Positions 16,127 to 23,558 of a stretch of DNA of 24,000 bases are shown piece after piece. The stretch spans positions 799,695 to 823,694 of the forward strand of contig NZ_ACZP01000013.1 in NCBI RefSeq assembly GCF_000176175.1. The letters are read 5' to 3'. Origin of the DNA: Vibrio furnissii CIP 102972 (GTDB taxonomy: Bacteria; Pseudomonadota; Gammaproteobacteria; Enterobacterales; Vibrionaceae). The notes under the pieces are model-generated. The model was not told the DNA's origin, searched no databases, and saw nothing but the letters and a program-made list of their open reading frames with translations. Every line of letters begins with the position of its first letter. Positions within the stretch are counted from its first letter, which is position 1. The position numbers and the translations under genes were made by a program.

Positions 16127-16444
16127 CTAAACTTTGAACGCCTGCAGTCGGTCCGTCAATTGGGCCGACGCCTGATCGATGCGCTGATTGATTGCCGAAA
16201 TCGCCGCCGCACATTGAGAAATATCATCACTTAACCGATTGGTCTGCGAGACATGCCCATTCAACTCGCGCATCAAGATGCCTTGTTGCTGCGAGGACGA
16301 TGAAATCATCGTGTTGATCGAAATAATTCGCTCCACAGCGTCCTGCATCTTTTGCATTTGCACAACCACTTGCTTTGTAACGTTTCGACATGCATCACTA
16401 CTTTCACGCGTTTCAAAGAAATAGACTTCATGTGACCGACCCAA
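16127..16444 (-). pseudogene. Remnant of a methyl-accepting chemotaxis protein gene (C-terminal ~90 aa of the signalling domain only)
   Basis: The 105-codon ORF starts only at a TTG. Its heptad-like sequence ...MQDAVERIISINTMISSSSQQQGILMRELNGHVSQTNRLSDDI...QASAQLTDRLQAFKV matches the distal C-terminal helix of MCPs, including the typical ...FKV end. There is no TM, ligand-binding or HAMP region, nor the conserved hairpin tip, and the upstream in-frame sequence is unrelated. Confidence 0.6.
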
Positions 16445-16543
16445 TAAAAAAGCCCCTAAAATGTCAACGTCGTCATAGTTGTTATCCCCCGATAAACCAG
16501 ACTCATTTTAGGAGCAAATAATCATGTAATGAATAGAACAACC

Positions 16544-16573
16544 CACAGGTTGGAACGTTCATTCCAACCCGTG
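16544..16573 (-). terminator. Probable terminator of the porin gene
   Basis: Stem ggttggaa (16548-16555), loop cgttca, stem ttccaacc (16562-16569), extended by 3 further pairs. On the minus strand it is followed by gggttgttctatt, a moderate U-tract. Confidence 0.55.
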
Positions 16574-16588
16574 TATTGCTATGCGGCG

Positions 16589-17854
16589 TTACCACCAAGC
16601 TTCGATTTGAACACCGTAGTTGATCGTGTCGTCACTCTTGCCGCTGTTAAACGTATTGTCGTTTTCATTGTCTTTGAAGTAGCTGGCAAAGAAGCGAATT
16701 TCTGGTCGAGCAAAGAAGGACTCACCCGCAGAGATGGCATGCGCGATGGTAAATTTGGTCCCACCAGATTTCTCTTCTGAGCCTGAATCCCAAGTTTTCT
16801 TCTGATCAAAATAGCCAACTTCGACCATGGTTTTGTTGTAAGGCGACCAGTTGTAGGTCGGACGGGCAACAAATGAGAACAGGTCTTCTTTGTCCAGCCA
16901 ATCACCGTGATCTTGTGCATGGCCGTACGTCAGCACATGGTTGATCATGAAGTTGTCGGTGATTTTCACTTCACCCGTATTGATAAAGCGGAAGCCTTTC
17001 GCATCGCTCACATCGCCACTCCAAATATCATACCAACCACCCCCTTGAGAAATGGCGTTCTGCGCTAAGCCTTTGTCCATGTATTGCAACACAACCTTGT
17101 TCCAACCCAAGGAGAAGCTTTGGCTTAGTTCTGCGGTTAACATCAGGCCATTCTTGAAGTCGTCCGTCAGCGACTCTTGATCATCGCTTGGGTTGACCAC
17201 TGCGTAATCCAGACCAAACTCCGTCCACGCGCCTTCCCATGGGCTAAACCCGGCATAGCGTAAATCAAGGAAGTAGGTGTTCAGATCGCCGTAGCTGGTT
17301 TCATTGCCGCTGCTGTCCCAAGTCGAGAGCTCATTGTCAGCGCGCACGACCGCGGCTGAAATGGCGCCAGTGCTGAGTTTAATATTCTCAATCCCCACAC
17401 CGTAACCTGAAATATTCCAGTATTTGGTGTCAATGATGTGCAGATCGTGACGTTGGTAAAAACGTTTACCCGCCCAAATCACAGCATCTGGCGAGGCTGG
17501 AATATAACCTTTCGCCTGAATATTCAGCTGTTTGATGGCGAAATTGGCGCTGTCATCTTTCGATGTTTCAGATTCCAGATTTCCATCGGACGACATTTCA
17601 AACATACTTTCAAAGTACATCGAACGACCTTCCGCGTTGAATAACTCTTGTCCAAGTCCAATTTCAGAATAGGTATCGTACTCGTTACCCAGGCGACCTA
17701 GTTTTGTTTTGTTAAACTCATCGCCACCTTCAGTGCCACCGCCATCGGCACTTGCACCCAGACCTGCTCGGACATATCCGTGAAAATCAACAGCAGAAAC
17801 TTGAGTAGCCAGTAAGGAGCCTAAAATTGCGACTGCCAATGTTGTCTTTTTCAT
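16589..17854 (-). CDS. LamB-family sugar porin (maltoporin-like; likely galacto-oligosaccharide porin)
   Basis: 421 aa with signal peptide MKKTTLAVAILGSLLATQVSA/VDFHGY. Collinear with E. coli LamB (VDFHGY.R.G; LGNE..TY.E..LGQE; IWAGKRFYQRHD.H.ID..YW.ISG.G.G.ENI; C-terminal ..IEAWW). Confidence 0.92.
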   Translation of the reverse strand: MKKTTLAVAILGSLLATQVSAVDFHGYVRAGLGASADGGGTEGGDEFNKTKLGRLGNEYDTYSEIGLGQELFNAEGRSMYFESMFEMSSDGNLESETSKDDSANFAIKQLNIQAKGYIPASPDAVIWAGKRFYQRHDLHIIDTKYWNISGYGVGIENIKLSTGAISAAVVRADNELSTWDSSGNETSYGDLNTYFLDLRYAGFSPWEGAWTEFGLDYAVVNPSDDQESLTDDFKNGLMLTAELSQSFSLGWNKVVLQYMDKGLAQNAISQGGGWYDIWSGDVSDAKGFRFINTGEVKITDNFMINHVLTYGHAQDHGDWLDKEDLFSFVARPTYNWSPYNKTMVEVGYFDQKKTWDSGSEEKSGGTKFTIAHAISAGESFFARPEIRFFASYFKDNENDNTFNSGKSDDTINYGVQIEAWW

Positions 17855-17896
17855 TTTATTTCCCTTTTGTTTTTCGAGTTATTGGTTTGGGTAAAT

Positions 17897-17951
17897 ATGC
17901 CTGAGTACGGGATTCAGGCATGACTTACCCGTGAGACAAAAATTTGTCTCA
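17897..17951 (-). other. Two intercistronic hairpins between the GH42 gene and the porin gene
   Basis: atgcctga (17897-17904) pairs with tcaggcat (17914-17921), and tgagacaaa (17932-17940) pairs with tttgtctca (17943-17951). Neither has a convincing U-tract in the minus-strand sense. Confidence 0.5.
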
Positions 17952-17990
17952 TTGCCTTTTAAATCACTTCATGAATTTAAAATTTATTAT

Positions 17991-20057
17991 TTACTTTTTA
18001 TTTTTAATAACAGCGACCTGATATTCACTCAAAATAATTTCATGACCTATCGTTTCACCATTATTCATATTCACCCATTGTCCTTTTGGTGATTGAATGA
18101 CCCGTTGATCCGATAATAAATTCATCATAAATAGATATTGATAATCATCATCCTCTCTTGTTGTCACCGAAACACCATACGGAATGACGTCCAATGGCGC
18201 TTGAATATGATGCTGCGCCACCAAAGCTCGATAAAACGCGCGGTTAAATTCAACCTCCGTTCGCGCAGCAATATAATAGGCGCAGCCTTTCCCGTGCGTG
18301 TTTCGCGTCAGCATTGGTTTGCCAGTAAACATATCCGATGTGAAATGCGCTAAAACGTCCGCCGTTTCTGCATGGATATGCTCCATCAAATGCTTGGCCG
18401 TAAACTCGCCATCCAATTGGAACTGGGGTGTGGAAGACGCCGCAAAAGCGACTCGCTCTTCATCGTAAAGTGAATCAATCTCTTCCGCCCAGATACCCAG
18501 CGTACGACGCAGTGGACTGTGTTCACCGCCCGGGAAACCACCTAAGAAGCAGAGATCGTTTTCATCTACAATGCCACTCCAGTAAGTTGCGACCAAGGTA
18601 CCACCTTGTTCAACAAACGCTTCTAGACGTTCCGCCACCCCCGGTTTTACGAGATACAGCATTGGCGCCACCACCACTTGATAGGGCGAGAAATCACTCA
18701 GTTGCTCAATGATGTCGCAGTTGATGCCTTGTTCCCAGAACCCGCGATAGTGATCGCATACGGTTTGTTCATAATGCATGCCCTGATTACGCGGGCCGGA
18801 AGCATCATCCAGCGCCCAGCGGTTTTCCCAATCAAAAATGATGGCAACGTCCGCTTTCGTCCCTGTGCCTGCAACGTCATTGATGCGCATCAGGTACTCA
18901 CCGACTGCCGTCACTTCTTTGCCAGTACGGGTGTCGGCATGCCCCACATGGTCGATGACCGCACCATGGAATTTTTCGACTGAACCCCGGCTCTTTCGCC
19001 ATTGAAAGTACTGCACTGAATCAGAACCATGCGCGACCGCTTGCAGCGATGACAACAGGTGCATGCCATTCCGTTTGAGCTTGGTGATCGGCTGCCAGTT
19101 GGTTTGACTGGGTGTCGATTCCATTAACAGAAATGGCTGCTGCTTCAAGGTGCGCATCAAGTCGTGGTACATCGCGGTATAACACGCCAGCGCCACCTCA
19201 TCGTGGTCGCGATGCCACAGCGGATAGCTGTCCCAAGAGATCACATCAATCGCTTTGGCGAGCTCCCAGTAGTTGTAGTCATAGAAGTATTCCATGAAGT
19301 TGGCAGTGGTCGGCAACGCCGGATTCACAGCTTTTAATGGCGCAATTTCATGTTGGCAGAAGTTCGACACGCGATCGGTACAGAAACGCTTCCAATCGAG
19401 CTTCAAACCATGCACCGAGTTTTCACCAATCGGTGATGGCGACTCAATCTGCTCCCAACTTGAATAGTTGTGGCTCCAAAATGTGCTCCACCACTGCTTG
19501 TTCAACTTGTCCAGCGATTGATATTTGGCTTTGAGCCATACACGGAATGCGTCTTGGCAATAGTGACAATGGCAATCTCCTCCGTACTCGTTTGAGACGT
19601 GCCAACCAATCACCGCCGGATGATGACTGTAACGTTCCGCCAGCTTGGTGTTGATGATCGCCACTTTATTGCGATAGTTCGGCGAGCTGTAACAGTGGTT
19701 ATGACGTTCACCATGCAACTGCTTCACTCGCTGACTGTTCACGCGTAGCACGTCTGGATAACGTTGCGACAACCAGGCGGGACGAGCGCCACTTGGGGTG
19801 GCCAGAAAGACCGAGATGTCATTCTCTGCCAAGCGGTCAAGGACGTTATCCAACCATTCAAACTGGAACTCTCCCTCCGTCGGTTCCAGTGCAGACCAAC
19901 TGAAAATACCGACCGACATAACATTGCAGCGGGTTTGCTTCATCAATTCGATGTCTTTGGCCAGAATGTCAGGTCGATCTAACCATTGTTCAGGGTTGTA
20001 ATCTGCACCATGCAGCAGCCCTTTTATCTTGGGAATCACAAAATTTTTATTAGTCAT
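17991..20057 (-). CDS. ganA: Beta-galactosidase, glycoside hydrolase family 42
   Basis: 688 aa with GH42 hallmarks: GADYNPEQW, acid/base WHVSNEYG, the Cys cluster GGDCHCHYC and nucleophile region LLMESTPS. The symbol follows B. subtilis usage (GanA = GH42); Dickeya uses the opposite naming. The start overlaps the GH53 stop (TAATG). Confidence 0.93.
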   Translation of the reverse strand: MTNKNFVIPKIKGLLHGADYNPEQWLDRPDILAKDIELMKQTRCNVMSVGIFSWSALEPTEGEFQFEWLDNVLDRLAENDISVFLATPSGARPAWLSQRYPDVLRVNSQRVKQLHGERHNHCYSSPNYRNKVAIINTKLAERYSHHPAVIGWHVSNEYGGDCHCHYCQDAFRVWLKAKYQSLDKLNKQWWSTFWSHNYSSWEQIESPSPIGENSVHGLKLDWKRFCTDRVSNFCQHEIAPLKAVNPALPTTANFMEYFYDYNYWELAKAIDVISWDSYPLWHRDHDEVALACYTAMYHDLMRTLKQQPFLLMESTPSQTNWQPITKLKRNGMHLLSSLQAVAHGSDSVQYFQWRKSRGSVEKFHGAVIDHVGHADTRTGKEVTAVGEYLMRINDVAGTGTKADVAIIFDWENRWALDDASGPRNQGMHYEQTVCDHYRGFWEQGINCDIIEQLSDFSPYQVVVAPMLYLVKPGVAERLEAFVEQGGTLVATYWSGIVDENDLCFLGGFPGGEHSPLRRTLGIWAEEIDSLYDEERVAFAASSTPQFQLDGEFTAKHLMEHIHAETADVLAHFTSDMFTGKPMLTRNTHGKGCAYYIAARTEVEFNRAFYRALVAQHHIQAPLDVIPYGVSVTTREDDDYQYLFMMNLLSDQRVIQSPKGQWVNMNNGETIGHEIILSEYQVAVIKNKK

Positions 20058-21289
20058 TATTTGCCTTTAAATACTTTCAGTGACGGTAAAGCGTTACCTT
20101 CAAAATCAAACAGCGCCTGGTTTTCCCATGAGTTCCCCATGTCCCATTTATCGCCGCTGTAGTCCATCCCCGCTTCAGTCGACCATGTGGCGCCATCAAT
20201 CGGTAACCAAGCGGGCTCCCAGTAGTAGATTCCCAAACCTTTTTGATCAGGCAGAGCATTCATCAATGTCATGATGTCTGAAAGGTAATGCGCCTGACCG
20301 TTCACGCTAACCTCGTAGCCTTCAATTGGCCCGGATTCTGAGTAACCATTTGGCAATGCGTCGCCATTTTTGCTGGTGAACGGAAACGAGGTTTCAACCA
20401 ACACAATCGGTTTGTGATAACGATTGATGACATCGTTCATGTTGGCTTTCACTTTGGCGATCGGCCCGTGCCACCATGGGTAGTACGACATGCCAATCAC
20501 ATCAAATGCCACGTCGCGTTTGGTGATTTCATCAAACCACCAGCGGAATAAACCGTTGTCGCCCGCTTCTGCTAAATGCAGCATGATCTGAATATCTTTA
20601 CCGCCGGCGTTGTCATGCACGGCTTGAATGCCAGACTTGAGCAATACCGCGAGACGATCGAACTCTTTCCCATCTTGGCCCCAACTTTTACCATCGGGCC
20701 ACAACATGCCGCCATTGAGCTCATTGCCCACCTGCACCATGTCTGGCACGACTCCCGCTTTGAGATGCGCTTGCATGACAGCGGCCGTGTAGTCATATAC
20801 TTTTTGGTTCAGCGCATCAAAACTGAGGTTTTCCCACGCTTTGGGCTTTTGCTGTTTCTTCGGATCGGCCCAAAAATCGCTGTAATGAATGTCGAGCAAG
20901 AACGTCATGCCATTTTCCTGAGCGCGTTTGCCCAGCTCAATCGAACGCTCAAGCGTATTATTACCGCCGCCGTAAACTTGGCCATCAACTGAAGCAGGAT
21001 CAACCCACACGCGTGCACGAATCGAATTCACGCCGTTGTCTTTTAGAATTTGAACCAAATCTTCTTGCGTGCCATTTTGATAATATTTACCGCCCAACTT
21101 TTCAATTTCAGGCAACATGGAAATATCCATACCGCGAATAAAGTCGGCGCGTAATTCAGGTGCAGTCATCTCCACAGTCGATTGCGTTGACGAGCTATTT
21201 GGCGTCGTCGTCATGGATTGATTGGCGGTTTGACAGCCAGCAAGCGCCACTGCCGCACTGATCAGTGCAACCTTAAATTTGATAGTCAT
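20057..21289 (-). CDS. ganB: Arabinogalactan endo-beta-1,4-galactanase, glycoside hydrolase family 53, lipoprotein
   Basis: 410 aa with lipobox AVALAG/CQ and a Ser/Thr-rich linker TTTPNSSSTQST. GH53 motifs GMDIS, VQVGNELNGG (acid/base) and IVLVETSFPF (nucleophile). Symbol follows B. subtilis usage. Confidence 0.92.
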   Translation of the reverse strand: MTIKFKVALISAAVALAGCQTANQSMTTTPNSSSTQSTVEMTAPELRADFIRGMDISMLPEIEKLGGKYYQNGTQEDLVQILKDNGVNSIRARVWVDPASVDGQVYGGGNNTLERSIELGKRAQENGMTFLLDIHYSDFWADPKKQQKPKAWENLSFDALNQKVYDYTAAVMQAHLKAGVVPDMVQVGNELNGGMLWPDGKSWGQDGKEFDRLAVLLKSGIQAVHDNAGGKDIQIMLHLAEAGDNGLFRWWFDEITKRDVAFDVIGMSYYPWWHGPIAKVKANMNDVINRYHKPIVLVETSFPFTSKNGDALPNGYSESGPIEGYEVSVNGQAHYLSDIMTLMNALPDQKGLGIYYWEPAWLPIDGATWSTEAGMDYSGDKWDMGNSWENQALFDFEGNALPSLKVFKGK

Positions 21290-21305
21290 CGTGTTCCCTC
21301 TTCGA

Positions 21306-22151
21306 TTAGCCTTTGGTACTACCGGCAGTTAGGCCAGACACAAAATATTTTTGTAGCGATAAATAGAGCAACGCGACAGGAATGGAGATCAGCACCGCAC
21401 CCGCTGCGTAAGTGGTATAACTTGCGCCCATTTTCTCTACCACCAAGTTATATAAACCGATCGGTAAGGTGTAATTTTCTGGTGTTCTTAATATCGTGGT
21501 TGCCAGAATAAAATCCCCCAATGGACCGGTGAAAGAAAATAAAGCAACCACCGCGATAATTGGCTTGGAAATTGGCAATATAATTTCAAGAAAAATTCGA
21601 ATATTACTGGCGCCATCCATTTTCGCTGATTCATCCAGATCTTTCGGAATCGCATCCAGATAACCTTTCATCAAATAGGTATTCATCGGAATCATGCCGC
21701 CGACATACACCAACACCAACGCAAGATGGCTGTTGATGAGGCCCAGCATCTGCGCCAGGACAAAAATGGCAATCAATGCGGAAAATTGTGGAATCATCTG
21801 TAACAACAGGAACAGCATCAACCCATTCTTACGCCCTTTAAAGCGAAAACGTGAGAACGCATACGAGGTACATGACACACTGACCAGCGTTAACACCATA
21901 GTTAAAAAACTGATTTTTAAGCTGTTCCAAAACCAAGTCAGATACGCCACTTTGTCATTGGCAAACAGTGTTGCGTAGTGGCTCCACGTCGGGTTGTCTG
22001 GGAAAATCGATTCACCCATGATGCTGTTGCCCGGATAGAACGATGCACCAACCGTCCACACCAACGGATAGATAATGATGACGGAGACCGCGGCGATCAG
22101 CAGGTAACTGAGCGTCAGACGAATGCGATTACTGCGCTTAATACTCATCAT
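21306..22151 (-). CDS. ABC sugar transporter permease, MalG-like
   Basis: 281 aa, 6 TM helices, EAA loop LDESAKMDGASNIRIFLEIILPISKP. Confidence 0.9.
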   Translation of the reverse strand: MMSIKRSNRIRLTLSYLLIAAVSVIIIYPLVWTVGASFYPGNSIMGESIFPDNPTWSHYATLFANDKVAYLTWFWNSLKISFLTMVLTLVSVSCTSYAFSRFRFKGRKNGLMLFLLLQMIPQFSALIAIFVLAQMLGLINSHLALVLVYVGGMIPMNTYLMKGYLDAIPKDLDESAKMDGASNIRIFLEIILPISKPIIAVVALFSFTGPLGDFILATTILRTPENYTLPIGLYNLVVEKMGASYTTYAAGAVLISIPVALLYLSLQKYFVSGLTAGSTKG

Positions 22152-23459
22152 TTATCTCGTCTCCTCTTTGAATGACTTCGTCATGCGGAATTGCCACAGA
22201 GCGATCCCCACCACGAAGATAGACAACAGCAGTGTAATCGCCGAGGCGATGCCATATTGCGACGAAGACATGGTCAGTTTGTATATCCATGACACCAGAA
22301 TATCCGTGCCCCCGGCGTTACTGCCAATCACTGCAGGGCCACCGTTATTAAACAGATAAATGATATTGAAGTTATTGAAATTAAAGGTGTATTGCGTGAT
22401 CAATATCGGCGCAATCGAGTACAACACCAGCGGCAACGTAATGGTTTTGAGTTGCTGAAATTTACTTGCGCCATCCATAGTCGCCGCTTCATACAAATCA
22501 TTTGGAATGGCTTGCAGTACTCCTGTGGTCATTGCAAATACAAACGGGAAACCCAACCAAGTTTGAATCGCGATCAACGCCACTTTGGTCCAGAACGGAT
22601 CGGTGAGCCATGCTTTGGGTTCGATACCAAAGAAATCCAAAATCACGTTGTTGATCACACCAAAACTGTCGTTGAACATCCCGGTAAAAATCAGAATGGT
22701 CACAAAGCCAGGAACCGCCCATGGAAGAATGAAAATCGTACGAATCAACGGTTTGAATTTGAGGTCCTTTTGATTCACTAAAATCGCGAGTAACACGCCA
22801 ACGGTGCACTGCAACGTTGAAGCCAATAACGTCCACACAATGGTCCACTGCAGCACATCAAAGAACGTGTTGCGCCATAGGTTGATCTGGAAAATATTAA
22901 AGAAATTCTTCAACCCAACCCAATCGACCAGTTTTGCTGGCGGGGAGTTGTACAAGTTGTAATTGGTAAACCCAATGGCAAAGCCAAAAATAATCGGAAA
23001 AACAACGACAAAGACCAACAAAATAAACCCGGGGCTAATCATCAAATAAGGAAAGCCCGCGTTGATCACGTTGCGATATTGAACACGTAGAGAGTTCAGT
23101 GGCTTGCCTTCATCCAGTAATTTCCCGTTTTGAAACGCGTCGTTCATACTCAATGCGTAGACGACGAGCCCAAAGCACATCACTAATAATGCAATCACCC
23201 CTTCCGCCAATAAAAAGACCGAATTGTCTTGCGGAAGGTTTTCCCCCAGAGTGCGAATTCCCCACATGCCGTGGGCAATAAAATCGCGGCTAACGCCATA
23301 AAAACTTACTAAAAGAACAAAAAACAGAGCACCTTTCACGAACTGACGGTTATAAAACTGACCAAAGCCAGGAATTATCGCCAGTACCAAGGCGGTAAAC
23401 CGATGAGAACGGTAGAACGCGGTATCGGGCTCCATGTGTTCACTCATGTCAGACATCAC
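22152..23459 (-). CDS. ABC sugar transporter permease, MalF-like
   Basis: 435 aa, about 8 TM helices, EAA loop LYEAATMDGASKFQQLKTITLPL. The start is GTG 23459 or ATG 23456, with GGAG upstream. Its stop abuts the MalG-like start. Confidence 0.9.
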   Translation of the reverse strand: MMSDMSEHMEPDTAFYRSHRFTALVLAIIPGFGQFYNRQFVKGALFFVLLVSFYGVSRDFIAHGMWGIRTLGENLPQDNSVFLLAEGVIALLVMCFGLVVYALSMNDAFQNGKLLDEGKPLNSLRVQYRNVINAGFPYLMISPGFILLVFVVVFPIIFGFAIGFTNYNLYNSPPAKLVDWVGLKNFFNIFQINLWRNTFFDVLQWTIVWTLLASTLQCTVGVLLAILVNQKDLKFKPLIRTIFILPWAVPGFVTILIFTGMFNDSFGVINNVILDFFGIEPKAWLTDPFWTKVALIAIQTWLGFPFVFAMTTGVLQAIPNDLYEAATMDGASKFQQLKTITLPLVLYSIAPILITQYTFNFNNFNIIYLFNNGGPAVIGSNAGGTDILVSWIYKLTMSSSQYGIASAITLLLSIFVVGIALWQFRMTKSFKEETR

Positions 23460-23487
23460 TTACAACTCCATATCGGAAACCATCTTG

Positions 23488-23532
23488 TTTGATGCTCCTG
23501 CTCCATGGACGAAGCAGGAGAACGTCATCAAA
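23488..23532 (-). other. Intercistronic stem-loop between binding-protein gene and permease genes
   Basis: Inner stem ctcctgct (23495-23502) pairs with agcaggag (23513-23520) around a 10-nt loop. Outer stem tttgatg (23488-23494) pairs with catcaaa (23526-23532) across a 5-nt bulge. Confidence 0.55.
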
Positions 23533-23558
23533 CGCGATGTATCATTCACGCCATCGAA

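Noticed and set aside
16455-16512. 9-bp inverted repeat cctaaaatg / cattttagg flanking 40 nt just upstream of the MCP stump, considered as a MITE/IS scar
   Set aside because: An inverted repeat of this size and spacing is expected several times by chance in a window of this length. There is no target-site duplication and no similarity to IS ends that I recognise.
16529-16920. ORFs 16529..16780 (+) and 16579..16920 (-)
   Set aside because: They overlap the 3' part of the LamB-like porin gene in other frames, and the porin frame is strongly supported by homology through to its C-terminal ...IEAWW.
18138-23281. Numerous 60-140-aa ORFs on either strand inside the GH42, GH53, MalG-like and MalF-like genes (e.g. 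20576..20992, 22392..22781, 22498..22848)
   Set aside because: All are nested in long, homology-supported genes. They have no independent SD or motif evidence.
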